DNA from: a virus | Taxonomy: Duplodnaviria > Caudoviricetes | Virus record (IMG/VR): IMGVR_UViG_3300044675_005052 | Strand: one strand, 5' to 3' | Length of the DNA: 64,000 nucleotides | Part shown: in pieces, positions 47,087 through 55,909 of the stretch | Numbering within the stretch: position 1 is the first letter of the stretch | How the letters are laid out: every line of letters starts with the position of its first letter | Position numbers and translations under genes: made by a program | The notes under the pieces: generated by a model | Database searches by the model: none | Seen by the model: only the letters and a program-made list of their open reading frames with translations | Told to the model about the DNA's origin: nothing

Positions 47087-47933
47087 GATTATAAATGGAG
47101 ATTGTGTTGAGGTAATGAAATCACTTCCGGATGGATGTATTGATTTACTAGTAACCTCACCACCATACAATGTCAACGTGTCGTATGATGTTTACGATGA
47201 TGGGCGTTCAATGGACGAGTATTGGGATTTTACCCGACAATGGTTATCTGAATCATTAAGAATATTGAAAGACGATGGTAGAGTTGCAATCAATGTTCCT
47301 ATAGAATTAAACGTTCAAGAAAGAGGGGGAAGAATATTATTCAACGCTGAATTTTGGATAATGATGAAAGAAGTTGGATTCAAATTCTTTGGGATGGTAG
47401 ATTTAACTGAAGATTCCCCGCATAGAGTTAGACAAACTGCTTGGGGTAGTTGGATGAGTGCTAGTTGTCCTTATATTTACAACCCAAAGGAGTGTATAAT
47501 ATTGGCTTACAAAAAAACTAATAAGAAACTGACCAAAGGTGAATCACAATGGAAAGGTGTTCCAACGGATGTTGAGCAACCGGACGGAACAACTAAAAAT
47601 AAAGTGGTTTATCAGGATGAGGATAAGAAAGAGTTTATGAATTTAGTATTTGGAAGATGGGAATACTTCGCTGATACCAAATCATTAACAAAGGCGACAT
47701 TCTCAATGGATATTCCATCAAAGGCGATTAAGATATTAACTTACAAGAATGATATTGTACTCGACCCTTTTATGGGTAGTGGAACTTCAGCGTTCGCGGC
47801 GGAACTATTGGACCGAAGATGGTTGGGAATCGAGTTATCACCGGATTATACGGAGATTGCTAGAAAAAGAGTTCAAGCATTAATTGATGAGAGAAGACAA
47901 ACAAAATTAGAGTTAAAAGAAGAGGAGGTTTAA
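47070..47933 (+). CDS. Beta-class (N4-cytosine/N6-adenine) DNA methyltransferase
   Basis: INGDC, VTSPPYN (motif IV) before VLDPFMGSGTS (motif I), GIEL; ATG at 47070. Confidence 0.9.
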   Translation: MIETGKIINGDCVEVMKSLPDGCIDLLVTSPPYNVNVSYDVYDDGRSMDEYWDFTRQWLSESLRILKDDGRVAINVPIELNVQERGGRILFNAEFWIMMKEVGFKFFGMVDLTEDSPHRVRQTAWGSWMSASCPYIYNPKECIILAYKKTNKKLTKGESQWKGVPTDVEQPDGTTKNKVVYQDEDKKEFMNLVFGRWEYFADTKSLTKATFSMDIPSKAIKILTYKNDIVLDPFMGSGTSAFAAELLDRRWLGIELSPDYTEIARKRVQALIDERRQTKLELKEEEV

Positions 47934-48553
47934 TCCTCTTTTTTTATGTCGTAATAGAATGAATTAGTATCTTCACTAACCCATCGGTCTGATTGATTTT
48001 CAACTGATGGAAGGTCAGTATCAACTTTAAATTGTTTTAAATTGTCAGGTAATTTTTTTGTTACCCAATTACTATCTTTCCAAAAGATTCTATTGTTTGG
48101 TTGACATAAAAGATATCCATCATCACCACTAAATATGTGACCACATTTATAATCGGATGGTTCATCACTATATGGGTTATTAAACCAATCTACAGTAAAC
48201 ATATATGTTCCCCACACTTTAGTTCCGTCTCTTAACACTATTTCGGCTCTATGATATGCTAAAAAGTCGTATTCAATTATCGATACGTTTTCTGAAAAAC
48301 AATCCCAAAGTTGTTTATAATTAAACGGAATATCATTGGTAGGTTCTTTTACGTATATTTCGGATATTGGTACTCTACTTCTAACCATACCATCATCGGT
48401 CATTACGTGAAAAGTTAATATTACTCCTGATACTGATTGAATTCCAAAACAATATATGTTAATGAAAACATTTTTATCTTCTTCATTTTTGGTAAAATGA
48501 TATTTTCTTACTAACGCTTTAAAGCTAGGAATGTTTGAATTTAATGTACTCAT
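47930..48553 (-). CDS. Conserved phage hypothetical protein
   Basis: 207 aa; LNSNIP, QLWDCFS, YMFTVDW, KCGH and QPNNRIFW motifs. Confidence 0.7.
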   Translation of the reverse strand: MSTLNSNIPSFKALVRKYHFTKNEEDKNVFINIYCFGIQSVSGVILTFHVMTDDGMVRSRVPISEIYVKEPTNDIPFNYKQLWDCFSENVSIIEYDFLAYHRAEIVLRDGTKVWGTYMFTVDWFNNPYSDEPSDYKCGHIFSGDDGYLLCQPNNRIFWKDSNWVTKKLPDNLKQFKVDTDLPSVENQSDRWVSEDTNSFYYDIKKED

Positions 48554-48630
48554 ATTACAAAAATAATTGAAGTTAATATAAAGAGAAGTGTTTAAATATT
48601 TTGTGTTATATTTATATATAAATATTTATT

Positions 48631-48984
48631 ATGACAAAAAGATTTATTATTACTGAAGAAGAAAAAGATGATATCCTTTCTAAATATGGTTTAGTTAGTG
48701 AGCAAATGAACCAACAAAAGGCGGTTGATACTCAAATGGAAAAAATTAAACCTGAAACAGGTGGTAAATATTGTTTTGGTGACCCAAAACGACTTCAATC
48801 GGCTTATGGTTATAATGTTAAATTATATAAAGTTAAATCAGGTGATACGTTAAGTGATATCGCTTCAAAACATCCTGGTGTTACTGATGTTGATGACCTT
48901 ATTAGAATCAATAAAGGTTGCTCGGTAAGTAAAGGGTTGAAAAGTGGTGATGTAATTGCGATTGTGATGATGCCTTCAATGTAA
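48631..48984 (+). CDS. LysM-domain protein with IITE leader
   Basis: YKVKSGDTLSDIA...DLIRIN...LKSGDVI; TATTTAT at 48609 and 48623. Confidence 0.8.
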   Translation: MTKRFIITEEEKDDILSKYGLVSEQMNQQKAVDTQMEKIKPETGGKYCFGDPKRLQSAYGYNVKLYKVKSGDTLSDIASKHPGVTDVDDLIRINKGCSVSKGLKSGDVIAIVMMPSM

Positions 48985-48985
48985 T

Positions 48986-50389
48986 ATGAAAAAACTTATA
49001 AAAGAAAGTGGGATAAGAGATATTAATGCTCTTGCAAAACGATATCCCAAAGCGGAAATATATTTTCACCAAGATTTAGATGGTGTAACTACGGCTATTG
49101 CTATGAGAGAATATCTTGAAAACAATGGTATTAAAGTTGTGGGTGCTCACGTCATTCAATATGGTGATAAAGAATTTGCTGTAAAGAAGAATGATGCTAA
49201 AGGTGATGTGATGCCGGTCTTGGTTGATTTTGCTCACGGAAAACCAATGTTTGTTATCCATACTGACCACCATGATAGACAAGCTGGTGCTGAAGATACA
49301 AAATCAACTTCTTTTAGACAATCTCGTTCCAATGTTGAAACCATCTCACAGGTTGTTTCACCAAAGGAATTATTTCCATCTTCAGATATTTTATTGATAT
49401 CAACAGTAGATTCTGCAAATTATGCGGTAAACAATATTACGGTTGACCAAGTTATTTCTTATTTATTTAAATTAGATAAGGACAAATCATTGGAGAAAAA
49501 TAAAATGTTAATGGGGTTAGTTGTTAACAAATTATTATTAGCATTTAAAAACAAGCCAGGGTTTTTAGAAACATTGGTTATGGAATGTTCACCATCATTG
49601 TTGAATATCCTTAACACCATTAAAAGAATAATGGTTGAAAAAGGTTATGCAAAACCGGAGGAACTTGAAAAGAACAAAGAGGATTACGTTAAGTCAATGC
49701 AGACCAACCCAAATGTTAAAGTAATGGATAACGTTATTGTTCAATATGGTGGTGGGTCAATGTTTAAACCGGGTTCTTATGATAGATATACGCCATTTAA
49801 AAACAACCCTGAAGCTGATTTTATTGTTATTGCTTGGCCGTTAGGGTTAGTTCAAGCATCTTGTAATCCATTCAAAGGTGAAAGACAATTGAAAGGTGTG
49901 AATTTAGGTGAGATTGCTCAAGAAGTATTATCTAAATGGGAGGACCAATTAAAACAAAGAGAGATACCATTGTCAACTATTAAATGGGTTTCGGAATCTT
50001 CAAAAGATTTTAATCAAGAATCGACAGGGTTTACATTTAAAGATTTTGTTGCTTTATATGGTAAAGAATATAAGACAATGGAAGATGGTAGAGAAAAATT
50101 ATATCACATTGGTGAAATGATGGAAATGCCTTTTTCTGAATTACCTGAAGAACATAGAAAAATGTTGGATGACATTAAAGTTAACGCATGGGATTTCATT
50201 CAATCAAATAGTGGTGGACACAAATGTATTACAAACATATCCGGGTTAAACTTTATGGGTAGAAGTACTAGACCACCAAAAGGTAGTACTAGATATAATG
50301 AATCTGAAGATTCACCTTCAGTTAAGTTTACCAAAATGATTCAGAATGAGTTTGTGAAAGTATTACAGGAGAAGATAAATCAATCGTAG
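48986..50389 (+). CDS. DHH-family phosphoesterase-like protein
   Basis: YFHQDLDGVTTA (DxDG), VDFAH, TDHH and C-terminal SGGH (DHHA1-like). Confidence 0.7.
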   Translation: MKKLIKESGIRDINALAKRYPKAEIYFHQDLDGVTTAIAMREYLENNGIKVVGAHVIQYGDKEFAVKKNDAKGDVMPVLVDFAHGKPMFVIHTDHHDRQAGAEDTKSTSFRQSRSNVETISQVVSPKELFPSSDILLISTVDSANYAVNNITVDQVISYLFKLDKDKSLEKNKMLMGLVVNKLLLAFKNKPGFLETLVMECSPSLLNILNTIKRIMVEKGYAKPEELEKNKEDYVKSMQTNPNVKVMDNVIVQYGGGSMFKPGSYDRYTPFKNNPEADFIVIAWPLGLVQASCNPFKGERQLKGVNLGEIAQEVLSKWEDQLKQREIPLSTIKWVSESSKDFNQESTGFTFKDFVALYGKEYKTMEDGREKLYHIGEMMEMPFSELPEEHRKMLDDIKVNAWDFIQSNSGGHKCITNISGLNFMGRSTRPPKGSTRYNESEDSPSVKFTKMIQNEFVKVLQEKINQS

Positions 50390-50727
50390 TGAAGGATTGT
50401 ATCACCGGATTTAATACTTAACTTTTTACAAGTTCCACCTTGGACTTCAAGTATCATATCGCCTTCACCACAATAATTTTCACAATCCTTTGTTTTACAA
50501 GGTTGGCAGTTGTGGTGAATTTTTGTTATAACATCATCTTCAATGAAGATTATATCAAGATTAGTTATACAATTTTTCATCCAAAAGCAGTGTTGACCTT
50601 CGGACATAATAAATAACATACCGTTAAAGGTATTGTCAAATTTTTTGTTCATCATCCCTTCACTAGTGTCTTTGGATGACATAACAGTTTTGACTTTAAA
50701 TTTATTTTTGTTTATAGTTAAATTCAT
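50380..50727 (-). CDS. DUF192 family protein
   Basis: GMM...GMLF...FWMKN...LDIIFI...ILEV..G...IKSGD; ATG at 50727. Confidence 0.8.
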   Translation of the reverse strand: MNLTINKNKFKVKTVMSSKDTSEGMMNKKFDNTFNGMLFIMSEGQHCFWMKNCITNLDIIFIEDDVITKIHHNCQPCKTKDCENYCGEGDMILEVQGGTCKKLSIKSGDTILHYD

Positions 50728-50756
50728 ATACTTATAAATACGCAAAAAAATATAAA

Positions 50757-51182
50757 ATGAAAGAAGTAAAAAGATATTCCGGTGTAATTGTTAAATGTGG
50801 TGACGAAGTGTTACTATGTAAAAGAAATGCTACTGATTCTTTACCGGGTCAATGGAGCATACCTTGTGGACACTTGGAAAAAGGTGAGCATCCAATGGAT
50901 GGTGTTAAGAGAGAATTTGAAGAGGAAACAAATTATACTTTAGATAACAAATTAAAATTAGTTGGGTTTGTTAAGAGATACAATCGTGACGGCTCAGAGG
51001 TGAAAGGGTTGATGTATGTGTTTATGATGGAAACCGATGAAAAGATAAATCCAGATTTAGAGAACGCTAAAGATGGTGAAGAACACACAGAATGTGGGTA
51101 TTTTGACCTTGAAAATCTACCATTTGATAAAAAAGATGACCAATTATGTAAATTAATTACGAGAATCTTAAAAAAAGATTGA
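50757..51182 (+). CDS. NUDIX hydrolase
   Basis: WSIPCGHLEKGEHPMDGVKREFEEET Nudix box. Confidence 0.9.
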   Translation: MKEVKRYSGVIVKCGDEVLLCKRNATDSLPGQWSIPCGHLEKGEHPMDGVKREFEEETNYTLDNKLKLVGFVKRYNRDGSEVKGLMYVFMMETDEKINPDLENAKDGEEHTECGYFDLENLPFDKKDDQLCKLITRILKKD

Positions 51183-51211
51183 TTTTTGTAATTTTATAAT
51201 GTATTTATTAA

Positions 51212-51292
51212 TTCATTACGCCAACAACCCCCTTTCTTATGGTTGGACACATTGAAACCTCAACAGAGTAAAATTTGTTGAGGTTTTTTTTG
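51212..51292 (+). ncRNA. Candidate small RNA (late motif, hairpin with C-rich loop, terminator)
   Basis: TATTTAT 51202-51208; CCAAC/GTTGG stem; AAACCTCAACA/TGTTGAGGTTT terminator; only a 10-codon ORF inside. Confidence 0.35.
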
Positions 51293-51320
51293 TTTATAAC
51301 AAAAATAGTATTATCTTTGT
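51290..51320 (+). promoter_or_regulatory. Bacteroidota-type early promoter
   Basis: TTTG...AGTATTATCTTTGT (51307-51320) before ATG 51342. Confidence 0.6.
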
Positions 51321-51341
51321 CGGGAATTTAATTATTAAGAT

Positions 51342-51842
51342 ATGATAGTATTAGGAATTATTTTAGGTATCATCTTATTGTTGGTTGCGATGATAGGTGT
51401 GGGCGGTTCTATTCAAGACAAAAATAGACGAGCAAAATGTAAAAATTGGAAAGTTGGTGATAAATTAGCTTTGTGTAGAGGTAAATATAATGATATTTTA
51501 GAACACAGAAAGAAAGAATATGCTATTCTTAAAGGGTGGGATTTAGAGAATCTTTATATTGATTGTGGTGATGATATGGTTTATCAAGTTAATTGGTCTA
51601 TAATGAACTTTAACAAATCTTATATTTGGAGAAAAAACTACGAAGATGCTAAAAAAGTAATGGGATGTGACCCGGCTTTTAGTGGTGGTGTTGGTGAGAG
51701 TTCTATTGGTAGAATTTATAATGGAAAACCAATTGACGTTATGAGTGAGATTGAGTGTGAGGTGTATTTGAAAAAAGCGTTGGAAGAAGAAGATTACGAC
51801 ACAGCTGAGTTGATAAGAAAAAGAATGGAAAAATTTAGATAA
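51342..51842 (+). CDS. Membrane-anchored protein with C-terminal UVR-like motif
   Basis: N-terminal TM; ends LKKALEEEDYDTAELIRKRM. Confidence 0.65.
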   Translation: MIVLGIILGIILLLVAMIGVGGSIQDKNRRAKCKNWKVGDKLALCRGKYNDILEHRKKEYAILKGWDLENLYIDCGDDMVYQVNWSIMNFNKSYIWRKNYEDAKKVMGCDPAFSGGVGESSIGRIYNGKPIDVMSEIECEVYLKKALEEEDYDTAELIRKRMEKFR

Positions 51843-51843
51843 G

Positions 51844-52026
51844 ATGAAAAATATTTTAAGAGGAATGGCTTTGGCGGTACTAGTTTATTGTGTAATTATT
51901 GGAATCACTTTGGTATGTGTTAAGTTATGTGGTGGAAGAATAAGTGATGTTTCAACCGATGTTTATGTTGGTATCGGTGTGGTTTGTGGTTTTATGGGAA
52001 TAATGATTAACGAAAAATTAGATTAA
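51844..52026 (+). CDS. Small two-TM membrane protein
   Basis: 60 aa, hydrophobic. Confidence 0.55.
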   Translation: MKNILRGMALAVLVYCVIIGITLVCVKLCGGRISDVSTDVYVGIGVVCGFMGIMINEKLD

Positions 52027-52027
52027 G

Positions 52028-52234
52028 ATGGGAGAAAAATTTGAAGCATTCGCAATAGCAATATTATCTTTGATAGTATTAGGAATTTTTATGGCTTGGC
52101 CGGTCCAAATATTATGGAACGGATGTTTAATCCAAGCGGTAGACGGGTTAAATCCAATTACGTTTTGGCAAGCGTTAGGGATTAATATTTTATGTGGTGT
52201 CTTATTTAAAAATTCATCAAGTTCTAAAGATTAA
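52028..52234 (+). CDS. Small membrane protein
   Basis: 68 aa; PITFWQALG..IL..VLF. Confidence 0.65.
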   Translation: MGEKFEAFAIAILSLIVLGIFMAWPVQILWNGCLIQAVDGLNPITFWQALGINILCGVLFKNSSSSKD

Positions 52235-52235
52235 T

Positions 52236-52277
52236 TTTGTATATTAAAAAAATAGTATTATCTTTGTACTCACAAAA
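52236..52277 (+). promoter_or_regulatory. Bacteroidota-type early promoter; 24-nt core identical to 56895-56918
   Basis: TTTG-N19-TATCTTTG; AGTATTATCTTTGTACTCACAAAA at 52254-52277. Confidence 0.7.
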
Positions 52278-52286
52278 CATATAGAT

Positions 52287-52562
52287 ATGACTACATCAAA
52301 TTACACAATCAGAATTGAGAACGAGAAGTTCGGGAAACTATTAAACGAAACATTCGTGGATGCAATCCAATTCAAGTTATTCTTGAAGATGGTTCAGGGC
52401 TGTCTTGAGTTGAAAAACGATTTGACATTCTTCAACGGAAGTGATTTTTTAATTCACGTTCCATTCAAATATTTGGTAGAATCAGTTATTGTTACATCAA
52501 CATTTGATATGACATTGGCTGACCATATGAGAAGTAAAGTAGAGGCGTTAGTAACTAAATAA
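52287..52562 (+). CDS. Hypothetical early protein
   Basis: 91-aa ORF. Confidence 0.65.
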   Translation: MTTSNYTIRIENEKFGKLLNETFVDAIQFKLFLKMVQGCLELKNDLTFFNGSDFLIHVPFKYLVESVIVTSTFDMTLADHMRSKVEALVTK

Positions 52563-52572
52563 TTAGAAAAAT

Positions 52573-52863
52573 ATGGATAATTTAGGATTATTATTTTTAG
52601 CTGTTGTGATATGTTATTTTTTTTACAAATTTTGGAAAAAAATTATAGCACTGATTGTTCTTGGGATTGTGTTTGGGTTTATGTTTATGGCATCAAGTGT
52701 TAATGATTTTATCACTGATGTAAAAAAGATAGGTTCTAAACAAGAAACATCTCAAACCGATATGGTTTATGAAGATACTATAACACAACAATATGTTCAC
52801 ACAAATATTGAGGTGGATTCAACTAATTTAGATTATAAAACAGACGATTCAAAAAAAGAATAA
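52573..52863 (+). CDS. Membrane protein
   Basis: Two N-terminal TM segments. Confidence 0.6.
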   Translation: MDNLGLLFLAVVICYFFYKFWKKIIALIVLGIVFGFMFMASSVNDFITDVKKIGSKQETSQTDMVYEDTITQQYVHTNIEVDSTNLDYKTDDSKKE

Positions 52864-52867
52864 AAAT

Positions 52868-53371
52868 ATGAGCACAAATTACTACAGAATACCGAAACAA
52901 AAAGTTGTTAGAGAAAAATACCTTGAATTGGCAGAACAAATTAGTTATATGGATATATTCTCACCGGAACAAATTTACAATGAATTTAGAACCATTGAAA
53001 AAGGTTTTGAACGTTGGAGTCCGTGGGACAATTTTATAGATGGATTAAAGATTCATATTGGAAAGAGAAGTTCAGGGTGGAAATTCCTATGGAACTTTCA
53101 AGAGGGTAAATTCTATACTAATAAGGAAGAACTATTTAAGTTCATCCGTTCAGGTAGAATTGTTGATGAGTATGGTGAATTACAAGACACCGAAGAGTTC
53201 ATTAAGATGGCTTTGGAGTGGGGTCAACCGGATGGTTATGTGTTGGATGAAAATTATATCGCCGAACAACGTAAGCAACCTAATTACCGACCAAGTTTTA
53301 TTAATATGTCAAATTATTATGATAAAGAAGTTGATGGTCTTCGAGTATCATCATCTGTAGAGTTTTCCTAG
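52868..53371 (+). CDS. Conserved phage hypothetical protein
   Basis: MSTNYY...IHIGKRSSGWKFLW...IVDEYG. Confidence 0.7.
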   Translation: MSTNYYRIPKQKVVREKYLELAEQISYMDIFSPEQIYNEFRTIEKGFERWSPWDNFIDGLKIHIGKRSSGWKFLWNFQEGKFYTNKEELFKFIRSGRIVDEYGELQDTEEFIKMALEWGQPDGYVLDENYIAEQRKQPNYRPSFINMSNYYDKEVDGLRVSSSVEFS

Positions 53372-53424
53372 TTCTCTTTAAAGATAGGATGGTGGAGTCG
53401 CCGACATCTCAGTCGGCCCTAAAA

Positions 53425-53455
53425 TTAACCCTCACATAAAGTGGGGGTTTTTTGT
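53425..53455 (+). terminator. Intrinsic terminator
   Basis: AACCCTCAC-ataaa-GTGGGGGTT plus T tract. Confidence 0.75.
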
Positions 53456-53484
53456 TTAGTTAGATATTTATAAATAAAAGAATT

Positions 53485-53802
53485 ATGGGTAACGTTATAT
53501 TGACAGAAAAACAACTTGAAAAGTTGATTAACAAAATGAAGACCGTTAATGAGAATCATAGTGAAGGTTCTTATATGGCTAAACAACAATTATTTACAAT
53601 TGCAACATTGGCTCACGCTATGTGGGAGAAAATGGAAGATGGTGAACAACTTGAAGATTGGATGGAATCTAAGATATCTCAAGCGGAACAAAGTATTGTA
53701 GGAGTTGTTAAAACTTTTATGTATGATGAGTTTAAAGACGAATCTAAATCCAATGATGGCATGGGAAAACTTAATTATGATGAAATTATAATAGGTAAAT
53801 AA
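53485..53802 (+). CDS. Small protein with ILTE leader
   Basis: MGNVILTEKQLEKLI...EGSYMAKQQL...LEDWMESKI; TATTTAT at 53465-53471. Confidence 0.7.
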   Translation: MGNVILTEKQLEKLINKMKTVNENHSEGSYMAKQQLFTIATLAHAMWEKMEDGEQLEDWMESKISQAEQSIVGVVKTFMYDEFKDESKSNDGMGKLNYDEIIIGK

Positions 53803-53812
53803 TAAAATAACT

Positions 53813-53859
53813 TTTACATTTTACAAACCTTTGTTTATTATTAGACAAAGGTTTTTTTT
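53813..53859 (+). promoter_or_regulatory. Overlapping terminator hairpin and sigma70-like promoter for rmlBC
   Basis: AAACCTTTGT/ACAAAGGTTT stem plus T tract ending at ATG 53860; TTTACA(53813)-N17-TATTAT(53836). Confidence 0.5.
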
Positions 53860-54774
53860 ATGAGTAGAATTATTGTAACAGGTGGGCTCGGATTTATCGG
53901 GTCTGAATTTGTAAATTATGTGATGAACAACACAGACCATGAGGTTGTTGTTTTAGATAAAATGACTTACGCGGCTAATATTGATAATATTAAGCAACCA
54001 TTTCATTTAATAAAAAAAGATATTTGTAAAGTAACCCAAGATGATTTAGGTGATTACGATTATATTGTAAATTTCGCAGCTGAAACTCACGTGGATAATT
54101 CAATTTTGAATGGGAGACCATTTGTTGAAACTAATGTGATGGGAACTTTTAATTTATTAGAATTGGCAAGAAAGAATAATAAGTTAAAAAAGTTTTTACA
54201 AATTTCAACAGATGAAGTTTATGGTGATATGGAAGACAATGATGAGAATAATAGAATCTCTACTGAAGAGTTTCCAATGAAAGCGAGTTCATATTATTCA
54301 GCAACTAAAGTATCTTCGGATATGTTAGTAATATCGGCAAACAGAACTTACGGTTTACCATACTTAATTACCAGAACTTGTAATAATTTTGGTGAACATC
54401 AAAACAACGAAAAGTTTATTCCAAAAATTATTTCATCAATTAAGAATGGTGTTGAAGTTCCGGTTTATGGAGATGGTAGTCAGGTTAGAGAGTGGATTCA
54501 CGCTTCAGACAATGTTAAACAAATCTACAAGTTATTAGTTTCGGATGTGGTTAATGAAGTTTATAACATTGGTTCAGGTGAACGTTATCAGAATATTGAT
54601 ATTATTAATATGATTGGTAATATTCTTGGGACTGATGTAAAATATAAATTTGTTGAAGATAGATTGGGCCATGACAAACGATATTCTTTAAGTTCAAATA
54701 AGTTTAGAAATACATTTGGTGAATATGAGTGTATTAAATTACATAAATGGTTAGAAGAAATAATTGTTAAGTAA
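53860..54774 (+). CDS. rmlB: dTDP-glucose 4,6-dehydratase
   Basis: VTGGLGFIGS, DKMTYAAN, NFAAETHVDNSI, STDEVYG, YSATK, TCNNFG and RLGHDKRY motifs. Confidence 0.93.
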   Translation: MSRIIVTGGLGFIGSEFVNYVMNNTDHEVVVLDKMTYAANIDNIKQPFHLIKKDICKVTQDDLGDYDYIVNFAAETHVDNSILNGRPFVETNVMGTFNLLELARKNNKLKKFLQISTDEVYGDMEDNDENNRISTEEFPMKASSYYSATKVSSDMLVISANRTYGLPYLITRTCNNFGEHQNNEKFIPKIISSIKNGVEVPVYGDGSQVREWIHASDNVKQIYKLLVSDVVNEVYNIGSGERYQNIDIINMIGNILGTDVKYKFVEDRLGHDKRYSLSSNKFRNTFGEYECIKLHKWLEEIIVK

Positions 54775-54775
54775 T

Positions 54776-55285
54776 ATGTCAGGAGGTCTATTTACAAGAA
54801 AAAAAGTGTTTCCGGATAATAGAGGTGTGTTTGCGCCATTATCTTTGAAGGTTGGTGGGTTAGATTGGATTCAGAGTAATATTAGTTTTAATCCAAATAA
54901 ATTCACTTTAAGAGGTTTACACTTCCAAGTTGGAGAGTTTGCTCAAACAAAATTAATCAAAGTTATTAATGGTGAGATTTTAGATTTCATTGTTGATATC
55001 CGTGAAGGGTCTGAAAACTATATGATGTTGTATATGTATCATATGGAAAGTGGTGACGAATTATTAGTACCAAAAGGTTTTGCTCATGGGTTTATCACTT
55101 TGAGAGATAATACGATAGTTCAATATTTGGTTGATAATGATTACTCACCGGAAAGTGAAGGGTCAATTGTTTGGACCAACTTTGAACAAATTAAAGTTAA
55201 GATTGAAAATTTGGTGGGTAATTTTGATGAGAATGATATAACAATATCGGATAAAGATTTAATTACTAAAAATTTTAAATTATGA
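54776..55285 (+). CDS. rmlC: dTDP-4-dehydrorhamnose 3,5-epimerase
   Basis: FPDNRG, QSNIS, TLRGLHFQ, DIREGS, VPKGFAHGF, ISDKD; ATG at 54776. Confidence 0.92.
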   Translation: MSGGLFTRKKVFPDNRGVFAPLSLKVGGLDWIQSNISFNPNKFTLRGLHFQVGEFAQTKLIKVINGEILDFIVDIREGSENYMMLYMYHMESGDELLVPKGFAHGFITLRDNTIVQYLVDNDYSPESEGSIVWTNFEQIKVKIENLVGNFDENDITISDKDLITKNFKL

Positions 55286-55419
55286 GTGAAGAAACAAACG
55301 AATATGAATTAGATTTGATTGATTTGATTAAAAATACTCCAAATGATATGGAGTTAGGTCATAAATTACGTTTATATTATATTAGATACGGAAAAGGTCT
55401 TAAGGTTTTAGTAAAGTAG
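55282..55419 (+). CDS. Small hypothetical protein (45 aa, not in ORF track)
   Basis: MSEETNEYELDLIDLIKNTPNDMELGHKLRLYYIRYGKGLKVLVK*; PNDMELG motif; ATG overlaps the rmlC stop. Confidence 0.55.
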   Translation: MSEETNEYELDLIDLIKNTPNDMELGHKLRLYYIRYGKGLKVLVK

Positions 55420-55443
55420 TATATTTATATATAAAACTTTATT

Positions 55444-55905
55444 ATGGGTGCAAACAATGTATTATTAGAAGTTAAGAAAAAAAACTTAATGAGAGAGCAA
55501 AAAGAAGATAACGAAACAGAAGTGAAAGAAACTAAAACCGGTTCAGGGTTTAAAGATATGGTTTCAATCTTACTACACTCACAAACTCAAGTACATATCT
55601 TTCATTTACAAACTAAATCTTATGCTGAACACAAAGCTTTACAAAAATATTATGAAGGTATTGATGCTCTTGTAGATGGGCTTATTGAAAGTTATCAAGG
55701 TAAATATGATGTAATCACTCAATATAATTCTGTTAAAAACGAGGATTATAAAAGTAATGAACAAGTTATTAAATATTTTAAAGCGTTGGACAGTATGATT
55801 GAAAAAAATAGAAAAGAAGTTAAAGAATCTTTCATTCAAAATCAAATTGATACTGTTCAAGAATTGATTAATTCTACAGTATATAAATTAAGATTCTTAA
55901 AATAA
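55444..55905 (+). CDS. Ferritin/Dps-like four-helix protein (DUF5856-like) with leader
   Basis: HIFHLQTKSYAEHKALQKYYE...DGLIESYQGKY...NQIDTVQELI..TVYKL; TATTTAT at 55422-55428. Confidence 0.7.
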   Translation: MGANNVLLEVKKKNLMREQKEDNETEVKETKTGSGFKDMVSILLHSQTQVHIFHLQTKSYAEHKALQKYYEGIDALVDGLIESYQGKYDVITQYNSVKNEDYKSNEQVIKYFKALDSMIEKNRKEVKESFIQNQIDTVQELINSTVYKLRFLK

Positions 55906-55909
55906 TATT

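Noticed and set aside
53058-53360. Alternative-frame 100-aa ORF within 52868-53371 (similar overlaps at 18485, 31584, 35816)
   Set aside because: Out-of-frame overlaps of better-supported genes, with no motifs or upstream signals.
53385-53421. tRNA-like or HDV/theta ribozyme call for the GC-rich hairpin
   Set aside because: Too short, with no T-arm or nested double pseudoknot visible; kept only as a low-interest hairpin.
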